Of a DNA stretch of 64,000 nt, positions 10,662 to 23,227 are shown one piece after another (the stretch's first letter is position 1; each line of letters starts with the position of its first letter). Position numbers and translations under genes: made by a program. The DNA is taken from NCBI GenBank assembly GCA_021845985.1, contig JAJZES010000002.1, positions 5,179-69,178 on the forward strand, written 5' to 3'. A model generated the notes under the pieces. It was not told the DNA's origin. It saw only the letters and a program-made list of their open reading frames with translations, and did not search any database. This DNA is from Pseudomonadota bacterium (GTDB lineage: Bacteria; Pseudomonadota; Alphaproteobacteria; Acetobacterales; Acetobacteraceae).

Positions 10662-11581
10662 GCGATCCGCCGCGGCTGCCGCGCGACCCCACCGACCTTG
10701 CCCGCGTCGCCGTCGCCGCCCATCAGGCCGATGATTTCGCCACCGCCGAGCGCGGCTACCGGGCGCTGCTCGCCGACTCGCCGGCCAGTTTCTTTGCTCT
10801 GCACCAGCTCGGCGTGCTGTGCGCGCAGACCGGACGGGCGGCGGAGGCGGTGGCGTTGCTGCGGCGTGCGGCGACGCTGCGGCCGAGCGAACCGGCGACG
10901 CTGATCCAGCTCGGCAAGGCGTATATGCTGGCCGGCGACACCGCGGCGGCGCTGGCGCAGTTTGGCCGCGCCCTCGCCCGCGACCCCGACCTCACCACGG
11001 CGCGCTTCGACCGCGCCGTCTGCCTGCAGGCACGCGGCGACAGCGCCGAGGCGGCGGCGGAGTATCGACGCATCATCGCCGCCGACCCGGACCATGCGCA
11101 GGCCCACAACAACCTCGGCAACCTTCTGCTCACCGCCGGTGACGACGTCGCCGCCGCGCCGCTGTTTCAAGCCGCCATCGCTCTCGATCCCGACTATGCT
11201 GAGGCGTACAACAATTTCGCCGGCTTCCACCTGCGCCGCGGCGACGTTGCTGCGGCTGAGGCAATGTTCGCGCATGCCATCGCGTTGCAGCCCGACTATG
11301 CCGACGCGATGGCCAATCTCGGCACGCTGCTGGCGATGACCGGGCGGGCCGATGCGGCGCTGCGCCAGTTCCGCGCCGCCGTCGCCGCCGCCCCGGCGGC
11401 GGTGATGCCGCGCTGGATGCTGGCCGACGCGCTGGCCCAGGGCGGCGATCTGGCGGCGGCGGCGGAGGTGCTGCGCGAGGCCTGGCGGCTCGACCCGGAC
11501 AACGCCGAAACCGGCGCCCGGCTGGCGTCGATCCGCGCCGCGCTCGGCCACACCGCCGAGGCGGCGGTGGGGCCGGCATAG
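10658..11581 (+). CDS. TPR-repeat protein
   Basis: 307 aa of TPR-like repeats. The start overlaps the upstream stop (GTGA), suggesting translational coupling. Confidence 0.75.
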   Translation: MSDPPRLPRDPTDLARVAVAAHQADDFATAERGYRALLADSPASFFALHQLGVLCAQTGRAAEAVALLRRAATLRPSEPATLIQLGKAYMLAGDTAAALAQFGRALARDPDLTTARFDRAVCLQARGDSAEAAAEYRRIIAADPDHAQAHNNLGNLLLTAGDDVAAAPLFQAAIALDPDYAEAYNNFAGFHLRRGDVAAAEAMFAHAIALQPDYADAMANLGTLLAMTGRADAALRQFRAAVAAAPAAVMPRWMLADALAQGGDLAAAAEVLREAWRLDPDNAETGARLASIRAALGHTAEAAVGPA

Positions 11582-11782
11582 CCGCAGGCCGCTGCCGACA
11601 ATGTGAACCCTTCACGCCGTATCGGTACGGCGATGTACCATGCCGGCGACGTAAGCTGCGGTCTGCGCCACAATTTATCCATAAGTAACGGATAATCTCT
11701 GTCGCGCTGTTAACTTTATGGAAGCACTTGCAGCCCCATGTCTGGTGCTAGCATCGGCCACAGTGAGACGGAGGACGCGAGC

Positions 11783-11983
11783 ATGTGCAACAGCGGCGCC
11801 GCCCTGACCTTCGAGAGTCTGCTGTCCGACCCGCTGACCCGGCTGATGATGGACGCCGACGGGGTGACGGTCGATGATTTCGTCGCGGTGATGCAGGTGG
11901 CGCGCGACGCCATGGCAGCGCGCGAGCGCCTCGCCTTCATCCAGGCGGCGGCGGGCGGCTACGGCATCAGCGGCCACGCCTGA
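11783..11983 (+). CDS. small hypothetical protein (66 aa; an 81-aa form would start at 11738)
   Basis: GGAGGA sits 8 nt before the ATG at 11783. GC3-rich codons. Preceded by an AT-rich promoter-like region. No family recognised. Confidence 0.45.
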   Translation: MCNSGAALTFESLLSDPLTRLMMDADGVTVDDFVAVMQVARDAMAARERLAFIQAAAGGYGISGHA

Positions 11984-12079
11984 ACGCCGCTGCGCGGCTT
12001 CGTTGCCGATTGGCAGCGGGCCTGACTTGCGCCGCGGCGGCCGGCCCGGATAAGCACACCGGGGCGGAAAGGGCCGTGC

Positions 12080-12673
12080 ATGTCAGTCGATGTCTCGTTT
12101 TTCAGCGGTGCCGCCATGCGTCCGCATCTGCCGGCGCTGGCCGTGCTGCGCAGCCAGGTGTTTCGCGACTGGCCCTATCTCTACGACGGCGCGCCGGACA
12201 CCGAGCGGGTCTATCTGTCGGAACTGGCGCAAAGCCCGCGCGCCGGCATGGCGGTGGCCTTCGCCGATGGGGTGGCGGTCGGCTGCTCGACCTGCCTGCC
12301 GCTGGCCGATGCCGGCGCGGCGGTGCTGGCGCCGTTCATCGCCCGCGGCCTCGACCCGGCGGCGTATTTCTATTTCGGCGAATCGGTGCTGCTCCCCGCC
12401 TGGCGCGGCCAGGGCATCGGCGTCGCCTTCTTCGCCGCGCGCGAGGCGCATGCACGGCTGGTGTCGGACGCCAGCTTCGCCTGTTTCTGCGCCGTCGAGC
12501 GCGCCGCCGACGATAAGCTGCGCCCGGCCGATGCGCTGCCGCTCGACGCCTTCTGGCGCAAGCGCGGCTATGCGCATGATCCCGGCCTTGCCTGCAGCAT
12601 GGCGTGGAAACAAGTCGATACGGCGGACAAGGTGACCCACCGGCTGTCGTTCTGGCTCAAGCGGCTGCGCTGA
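12080..12673 (+). CDS. GNAT family N-acetyltransferase
   Basis: Acetyl-CoA motif-A-like LLPAWRGQGIGVAFF. Start uncertain (12080 or 12116). Confidence 0.7.
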   Translation: MSVDVSFFSGAAMRPHLPALAVLRSQVFRDWPYLYDGAPDTERVYLSELAQSPRAGMAVAFADGVAVGCSTCLPLADAGAAVLAPFIARGLDPAAYFYFGESVLLPAWRGQGIGVAFFAAREAHARLVSDASFACFCAVERAADDKLRPADALPLDAFWRKRGYAHDPGLACSMAWKQVDTADKVTHRLSFWLKRLR

Positions 12674-13524
12674 TGCGGGTCGCCGCGCTCGCCTGGCGGA
12701 TCGGCCGCGACGCCGGCGTCGCCGCCTGGGCGGCGCGGCTGGAGCGTGAAGTGGCGGCGGCGCAGGCCGAGCTGCTGGTGATGCCGGAATATGCGCCGCT
12801 GCAGGCCGCCGCCGGCGACCGCCCGGACCTCGCCGGCGAGCTGCGCCGCGCCGTCGCCCAGGCGCCCGCGCTGCTGGCGGCGGCGCAGCAGGTGGCGCGG
12901 CGCCATGGCGTCTGGCTGCTGCCCGGCACCCTGCCGATGGCGCTCGACGGGCGCATCTTCAACCGCGCCCCGCTGATCGCGCCAGATGGCGGCGTGGCGT
13001 TCCAGGACAAGCATGTGATGACCCGCTTCGAGGCTGAGCAATGGGGCGTCGCCGCCGGGGCGCCGCCGTCGGTGTTCGCGACGCCGTGGGGCCGCATCGG
13101 CATCGCCATCTGTTTCGATGCGGAGTTTCCGCATCTGGTGCGCGCCCAGGTGGAGGCCGGCGCGTGGCTGATCCTGGTGCCGAGCTGCACCGACACGCTG
13201 GCCGGCTACCACCGCGTCCGCCTCGCCTGTGCCGCGCGGGCGATGGAAAATCAGTGCTTCGTCGTCATGGCGCCAACGGTGGGTGAGGCGCCGTGGTGCG
13301 GCACGCTCGACCACAACCGCGGCGCCGCCGGCGTGTTCGGCCCGCTCGATCACGGCTTCGCCGATGACGGGGTGTTGGCCGAGGGCGCGCTCGATGCCGC
13401 CGGCTGGGTGCGCGCCGAGCTCGACCCGGCCCGGCTCGATGCGGTGCGCGCCGCGGGCGCTGTGCGCAACCATCGCAGTTGGCCGCCGCCGCCGCCGCCC
13501 TGCCCGCTGCGCCGCCCCGAATGA
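12673..13524 (+). CDS. carbon-nitrogen hydrolase (nitrilase superfamily) protein
   Basis: Family pattern LLVMPEY (Glu), ..FQDKHV (Lys), GIAICFDAEFP (Cys). The ATG overlaps the GNAT stop (TGATG). Confidence 0.8.
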   Translation: MRVAALAWRIGRDAGVAAWAARLEREVAAAQAELLVMPEYAPLQAAAGDRPDLAGELRRAVAQAPALLAAAQQVARRHGVWLLPGTLPMALDGRIFNRAPLIAPDGGVAFQDKHVMTRFEAEQWGVAAGAPPSVFATPWGRIGIAICFDAEFPHLVRAQVEAGAWLILVPSCTDTLAGYHRVRLACAARAMENQCFVVMAPTVGEAPWCGTLDHNRGAAGVFGPLDHGFADDGVLAEGALDAAGWVRAELDPARLDAVRAAGAVRNHRSWPPPPPPCPLRRPE

Positions 13525-14660
13525 CGCTGGTTTATCTGTTGGCCGGCGAGCACAGCGGCGACGTGCTCGGGGCGCGGCTAATGCTGGCGCTGCGGGCGGC
13601 GCGGCCGGGACTGCGCTTTGCCGGCATCGGCGGCCCGCGCATGCAGGCGGAGGGGCTGGAGAGCCTGTTCCCGATGCAGGAACTGGCGGTGATGGGGCTG
13701 CTGGAGGTGCTGCCGCGGCTGCGCCGGCTGAGCCGGCGGATGAACGAGGCGGTTGCCGACATCCGGGCGCGGCGGCCCGACGTGCTGGTGACCATCGACA
13801 GCCCCGGCTTCGCCCTGCGGCTGCTGCGCCGGCTGCAGGGCAGCGGCCTGCGCCGCGTACACTACGTCGCGCCGCAGGTCTGGGCGTGGCGCGAAAGCCG
13901 GGTGCGCGCCTTCCCCGGACTGTGGGATGAACTGCTGTGCCTGCTGCCGTTCGAGGTCGGGTTTTTTGCCGGGCACGGCGTCGCGGCGCGCTTCGTCGGC
14001 CATCCGGTGCTGGAATCGGGCGCCGATCGCGGCGATGGCGGACGCTTCCGGGCGCGCCATGGTCTGGCCGCGGATGCCCGTGTGCTGGTGCTGATGCCGG
14101 GCAGCCGGCGCAGCGAGGCGGCGCGGCTGCTGCCGGTCTATGGCGCCACCGTCGCCCGCCTGCCGGGGGTGGTGCCGGTGGTGCCGGTGGCGGCGTCGGT
14201 GGCGCAGACGGTGCGGCGCGCCACCGCCGCCTGGCCGGTGACGCCGCTGATCATCACCGACATCGACGAAAAACACGACGCCTACGCCGCCGCCGCGGCG
14301 GCGCTGACCAAATCCGGCACCTCGACGCTGGAACTGGCGCTGGCCGGCGTGCCGATGGCGGTGACCTACCGGCTCAACCCGCTGACCGCGGCGATTGCCC
14401 GGCGGCTGATCCGGGTGCCGCATGTCGCCATGGTCAACCTCTTGGCCGGGCGGTCGGTGGTGCCGGAACTGCTGCAACAGGAGTGCCGGCCCGACCGGCT
14501 GGCGGCGACGCTGGCCACCCTGCTCGACGATCCCGCCGCGGCGGCGGCGCAGCGCGCCGCCTTCGGCGAAGTGATGGCGCGGCTCGCCCCGCCGGTCGGC
14601 ACCCCCTCGGCTGCGGCGGCGGCCGAAGTGCTGGCGGTGCTGGATCAGGCGCGGCCGTAG
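13521..14660 (+). CDS. lpxB: lipid-A-disaccharide synthase
   Basis: MTLVYLLAGEHSGDVLGARLM, GIGGPRMQAEGL, IDSPGF, ALTKSGTSTLELAL. The ATG overlaps the upstream stop (ATGA). Confidence 0.9.
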   Translation: MTLVYLLAGEHSGDVLGARLMLALRAARPGLRFAGIGGPRMQAEGLESLFPMQELAVMGLLEVLPRLRRLSRRMNEAVADIRARRPDVLVTIDSPGFALRLLRRLQGSGLRRVHYVAPQVWAWRESRVRAFPGLWDELLCLLPFEVGFFAGHGVAARFVGHPVLESGADRGDGGRFRARHGLAADARVLVLMPGSRRSEAARLLPVYGATVARLPGVVPVVPVAASVAQTVRRATAAWPVTPLIITDIDEKHDAYAAAAAALTKSGTSTLELALAGVPMAVTYRLNPLTAAIARRLIRVPHVAMVNLLAGRSVVPELLQQECRPDRLAATLATLLDDPAAAAAQRAAFGEVMARLAPPVGTPSAAAAAEVLAVLDQARP

Positions 14661-15040
14661 CGATCTTGCAGCCGCTCGATGTCGTCCTCGCGCAGCTCGC
14701 GGCCGGTCTGCACCTCGATCAGCACCACGTCGTGATCGCCCGGATTGGCGACACGGTGGATGTCGCCCAGGCCGATGCCGATCGACTCGCCGGGCAACAG
14801 GTCGATGGTCTCGGTGTTGCGGGTCACCCGCGCGGTGCCGGCAACCACGGTCCATTGCTCGGCGCGGTGCTGATGGCGCTGCAGCGACAGCACGCCGCCC
14901 GGCGCCACCCGGATGCGCTTGACCGCAAATCCCGGCCCGGCATCGAGCACCGCCCAATCCCCCCACGGGCGGCGGTCGCTCTGCCCGGCGGCATAGTCGT
15001 TGCGGAAGGCGGTCTCGCTCATGTCGGCCTCTTGGCTCAT
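14645..15040 (-). CDS. cupin-domain protein (mannose-6-phosphate isomerase type II C-terminal-like)
   Basis: RPWGxW..KRIxVxPGxxLSLQRHQHRAEQW..G..IxIGLGDIHRVxNPG pattern. Confidence 0.8.
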   Translation of the reverse strand: MSQEADMSETAFRNDYAAGQSDRRPWGDWAVLDAGPGFAVKRIRVAPGGVLSLQRHQHRAEQWTVVAGTARVTRNTETIDLLPGESIGIGLGDIHRVANPGDHDVVLIEVQTGRELREDDIERLQDRYGRA

Positions 15041-15222
15041 GCGGTCCCTGATCTGTCGATCCTATCGTGCCGCCATGCCGCCCGGTATCCCGCCGGCGCG
15101 TGCTTGACACGCGCCCGGCGCGGGCAAATGGATGCGGGCGACACAGCGGCGGAGATGACCATGAGCGAGCGCACCACGTCTGGTCCGGCCCGGCCCGGCA
15201 GCGGGCGCACGGCGCCGCGGCG

Positions 15223-16374
15223 ATGAACGGCGCGGGGGTGCCGCGGCGGCTGCGGCTCGGCATGGTCGGCGGCGGGCGCGGCGCCTTCATCGGCGGCGTC
15301 CACCGCATCGCCGCGCGCATCGACGACCGCTACGAGCTGGTCGCCGGCGCGCTCAGTGCCGATTCGGCGCGGGCGCAGGCCTCGGCGGCCGATCTGCACA
15401 TCGCGCCCGAACGCAGCTATGCCGATTTCACCGACATGGCGCGCCAGGAGGCGAGCCGCCCGGACGGCATCGACGTGGTGGCGATCGTCACCCCGAACCA
15501 CCTGCACCACCGCCCGGCGCGCGCCTTCCTCGACGCCGGCATCCATGTCATCTGCGACAAGCCGCTGACCAGCACGCTCGACGACGCGCGCGACCTGGAA
15601 CGCGCGGTGACCGAAAGCGGGCTGATCTTCGGCCTCACCCATAATTACACCGGCTATCCGCTGGTGCGGCAGGCGCGCGAGATGGTGGCGGCCGGCGAGA
15701 TCGGCGTGCTGCGCGTGGTGCAGGTGGAATACCCGCAGGACTGGCTGGCGACCAAGCTGGAAGACAGCGGCCACAAGCAGGCGGCGTGGCGCACCGACCC
15801 CGCGCGCAGCGGCGCCGCCGGCTGCGTCGGCGACATCGGCACGCATGCCTTCAACCTCGCCGAATTCGTCAGCGGCCAGATGGTCGAGAGTCTGGCCGCC
15901 GATCTGTCGCGCTTCGTCGCCGGGCGGATATTGGACGACAATGCCGGGATGCTGCTGCGCTTCGCCGGCGGCGCGCGCGGCATGCTGTGGGCGAGCCAGG
16001 TGGCGCCCGGCCATGAGAACGGGCTGCGGCTGCGCCTCTATGGCAGCAGCGGCGGGCTGGAATGGCTGCAGGCCGAGCCGAACACGCTGCGCTTCACCCG
16101 GCTCGGCCAGCCATCGCTGACGCTGACCCGCGGCGGCCCGGCGGCAACCGCCACGGCGGGCTACGCGACGCGGATTCCGGCCGGCCACCCGGAAGGCTAT
16201 CTGGAGGCGTTCGCCCAGCTCTACCGCGATCTGGCCGAGCAGATCACCGCACAGCGCAGCGGCCGGCCGCCGGATCCGGCCAGCCTGCTGGTGCCGGGAA
16301 TCGCCGAGGGGATTCGCGGCATGCGCTTCATCGCCGCCGCGGTCGCCTCCGAGGGCGGCTGGCTGGCGCTGTGA
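15223..16374 (+). CDS. Gfo/Idh/MocA family oxidoreductase
   Basis: N-terminal Rossmann LRLGMVGGGRGAFIG, IVTPNHLH, DKPL motif. Confidence 0.85.
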   Translation: MNGAGVPRRLRLGMVGGGRGAFIGGVHRIAARIDDRYELVAGALSADSARAQASAADLHIAPERSYADFTDMARQEASRPDGIDVVAIVTPNHLHHRPARAFLDAGIHVICDKPLTSTLDDARDLERAVTESGLIFGLTHNYTGYPLVRQAREMVAAGEIGVLRVVQVEYPQDWLATKLEDSGHKQAAWRTDPARSGAAGCVGDIGTHAFNLAEFVSGQMVESLAADLSRFVAGRILDDNAGMLLRFAGGARGMLWASQVAPGHENGLRLRLYGSSGGLEWLQAEPNTLRFTRLGQPSLTLTRGGPAATATAGYATRIPAGHPEGYLEAFAQLYRDLAEQITAQRSGRPPDPASLLVPGIAEGIRGMRFIAAAVASEGGWLAL

Positions 16375-16388
16375 TCGGCCGCCGCCGG

Positions 16389-17414
16389 CTATTGCCAGTC
16401 GAGCACCACCTTGCCGCTGTTGCCTGACAGCATCGTCTCGAAGCCGTCGCGGAAATCGCCGGCGGCAAAGCGGTGGGTGATGATCGGCGTGATGTCGAGG
16501 CCGCTTTGCAGCATCGCCACCATCTTGTACCAGGTCTCGTACATCTGCCGGCCATAAATGCCGCGGATCTCCAGGCCTTTGAAAATGACATGGTTCCAGT
16601 CGATGGCGGTATCGGCGGGCGGAATGCCGAGCAGCGCCACCTTGCCGCCATGGTTCATCGCCGCCAGCAGGTCGCGCAGCGCGCCCGGCGCCCCGGACAT
16701 TTCCAGACCGACATCGAACCCCTCGGTCATGCCGAGATCTTCCATCACCTCGCGCAGACTCTGCTGCGCCGCATGCACCGCCCGCGTCGCCCCCATGCGG
16801 CGGGCAAGCGCGAGGCGATACGCGTTGATGTCGGTGATCACCACATGCCGCGCACCGACATGGCGGGCGATGGCCGCGGCCATGATGCCGATCGGCCCGG
16901 CGCCGGTGATCAGCACATCCTCGCCGACCATGTCGAACGACAGCGCGGTGTGCGCGGCATTGCCGAACGGGTCGAACACCGCGGCGAGATCGTCGCTGAT
17001 GTCGTCGGGGATTTTGAACGCATTGCCGGCGGGCAGCACGAGATATTCGGCGAAGGCGCCGGGCCGGTTGACGCCGACGCCGAGCGTGTTGCGACACAGA
17101 TGCCGCCGCCCGGCGCGGCAGTTGCGGCAATGGCCGCAGGTGATATGGCCCTCGCCGGACACCCGGTCGCCGACCGCGAGGCCGCGCACCTCGCCCCCCA
17201 GTTCGGCGATGGTCCCGACATATTCGTGGCCGACCTGCATCGGCACCGGAATGGTGCGCTGCGCCCAGTCGTCCCATTTCCAGATATGGATGTCGGTGCC
17301 GCAGATGCCGGTCTTGCGGATCTTGATCAGCACGTCGTTGGGACCGACCGGCGGCACCGCCATCTCCGCCAGTACCAGTCCGGGCGCACGCTCGGCCTTG
17401 GCGAGAACCTTCAT
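16389..17414 (-). CDS. tdh: L-threonine 3-dehydrogenase
   Basis: 341 aa Zn-ADH: [35 protein letters not shown]. Lies directly downstream of kbl. Confidence 0.95.
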   Translation of the reverse strand: MKVLAKAERAPGLVLAEMAVPPVGPNDVLIKIRKTGICGTDIHIWKWDDWAQRTIPVPMQVGHEYVGTIAELGGEVRGLAVGDRVSGEGHITCGHCRNCRAGRRHLCRNTLGVGVNRPGAFAEYLVLPAGNAFKIPDDISDDLAAVFDPFGNAAHTALSFDMVGEDVLITGAGPIGIMAAAIARHVGARHVVITDINAYRLALARRMGATRAVHAAQQSLREVMEDLGMTEGFDVGLEMSGAPGALRDLLAAMNHGGKVALLGIPPADTAIDWNHVIFKGLEIRGIYGRQMYETWYKMVAMLQSGLDITPIITHRFAAGDFRDGFETMLSGNSGKVVLDWQ

Positions 17415-17428
17415 CAGCGGACTCCTGT

Positions 17429-18622
<1,194 letters not shown>

Positions 18623-18649
18623 GCCGCCGTTTCCGCCGCCCGTTTGTCT

Positions 18650-18668
18650 GTTGCGCAACGCTATAGCG
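18650..18668. promoter_or_regulatory. two abutting perfect 10-bp palindromes (GTTGCGCAAC, CGCTATAGCG) upstream of kbl
   Basis: Read directly, 28-46 nt upstream of the kbl ATG. Candidate operator and/or -10 (TATAGC). Confidence 0.3.
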
Positions 18669-18709
18669 CAGGCCCGGCCGGCAATGAAGGGCGACAGGCG
18701 GCGCCGTCG

Positions 18710-18735
18710 CCCCCCTCCCGTGCCGGGAAGGGGGA
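18710..18735 (-). terminator. GC-rich hairpin downstream of glnA (CCCCCTCCCG-tgc-CGGGAaGGGGG, one bulge)
   Basis: Begins 15 nt after the glnA stop. Same core as the CCCTCCC/GGGAGGG family. Confidence 0.45.
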
Positions 18736-18749
18736 CGAAAGTGCCGCGA

Positions 18750-20186
<1,437 letters not shown>

Positions 20187-20327
20187 CAATCCAGTTCCCT
20201 TGTCCGCGCGCCACCCGTTGCGGTGCGGCGCAATGCCCGGAGCCGCCCCACGCGGCCCCCGATGCCGGCCCGCCCATGCGGGCCGGGAAACCTCGCCGCC
20301 CACGCTGCCGCGGGCGGCCACCCGCCA

Positions 20328-22051
<1,724 letters not shown>

Positions 22052-22144
22052 GCCGCGCCAGGCGCGGGCGGCGCCGTGGTGCAACGATGTGCTGGATTGG
22101 GCGGCCGGCTGCGGGCATACTGTCGCCGCAACAACGCCCGACGG

Positions 22145-23227
22145 ATGCCGCCGGTGAACCGGGAAACCTCGCTCTATCTCGACCTGCTGAGGTTCCTGGC
22201 GGCATTTACCGTGTTCATCGGCCATGTGTCGGGCAGCCGCTTCACCGGCGGGCTGTTCTGGCAGGTCAGTCCGTTCATGGCCGAGGCGGTGACGCTGTTC
22301 TTCGTGCTGTCCGGCTTCGTCATCGCCTGTGCCACCGACCGGGGTGAGACGACGGCGACCTCCTATGCCGTAGCGCGGGCGGCGCGCATCCTCTCGGTGG
22401 CGCTGCCGGCGCTGGTGATGACCTTCGCGCTGGATGCCCTCGGCCGGGCGGTCCGCCCCGATCTCTACTCGGCCGCCTGGGGCTATGTGCCGACCGGACA
22501 GGTCTGGCAGTTCCTCGCCGGCCTGCTGTTCGTCAACCAGATCTGGTTCATCGACCTGCCGCCCGGCTCCGACCTGCCGTACTGGTCGCTCGGCTTTGAG
22601 GTCTGGTATTATGTGCTGTTCGGCATCGCCCTGTTTGCCGCGCCGCGGTGGCGGGCGCTCGCCATGGCGGCGACGCTGGCGGCGGTCGGGCCGCGCATCG
22701 CCGCCATGTTCCCGCTCTGGCTGCTCGGCTGGGCGACATGGCGGCTGGCCCGGCGGTGGACGCCGGGGCGCGCTGTCGGGGCGCTGCTCAGCGGTGGTTC
22801 GCTGGCGCTGTGGCTCGCCTATGAACTCTGGGCGCCCGCGCATGGCCGGTTGCAAGGGCTGGTGCCGGCATGGCTCAACCGGCCGGAACTGGCGCAGGAC
22901 TATCTGATCGGCACGCTGTTCGCGGCGCATCTGCTCGGCGTGCGCGCCATCTCGCCGCTGCTCGGGCGGCTGCTGGTGCCGGCGGCACGGCCGATCCGCT
23001 GGGCTGCCGGGGCCACCTTCACGCTCTATCTGTTCCATCTGCCGCTGGCCCAGTGCCTCGCCGCGCTGCTGCCGTGGCCGCCGGCCAGTTGGGCCGCGCG
23101 CAGCAGCATCCTGGGCGGCACGCTGGCGCTGGTGTTCCTGATCGCCTCGGTGACCGAACGGCGCAAAGACATCTGGCGACGCGGCCTGACTCTGCTGCTG
23201 CGTCCGGCAACCCTGCAGGAGCTCTGA
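22145..23227 (+). CDS. acyltransferase family 3 (OafA-like) membrane protein
   Basis: LDLLRFLAAFTVFIGH start motif and about 10 TM segments. The stop overlaps the next ATG. Confidence 0.8.
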   Translation: MPPVNRETSLYLDLLRFLAAFTVFIGHVSGSRFTGGLFWQVSPFMAEAVTLFFVLSGFVIACATDRGETTATSYAVARAARILSVALPALVMTFALDALGRAVRPDLYSAAWGYVPTGQVWQFLAGLLFVNQIWFIDLPPGSDLPYWSLGFEVWYYVLFGIALFAAPRWRALAMAATLAAVGPRIAAMFPLWLLGWATWRLARRWTPGRAVGALLSGGSLALWLAYELWAPAHGRLQGLVPAWLNRPELAQDYLIGTLFAAHLLGVRAISPLLGRLLVPAARPIRWAAGATFTLYLFHLPLAQCLAALLPWPPASWAARSSILGGTLALVFLIASVTERRKDIWRRGLTLLLRPATLQEL

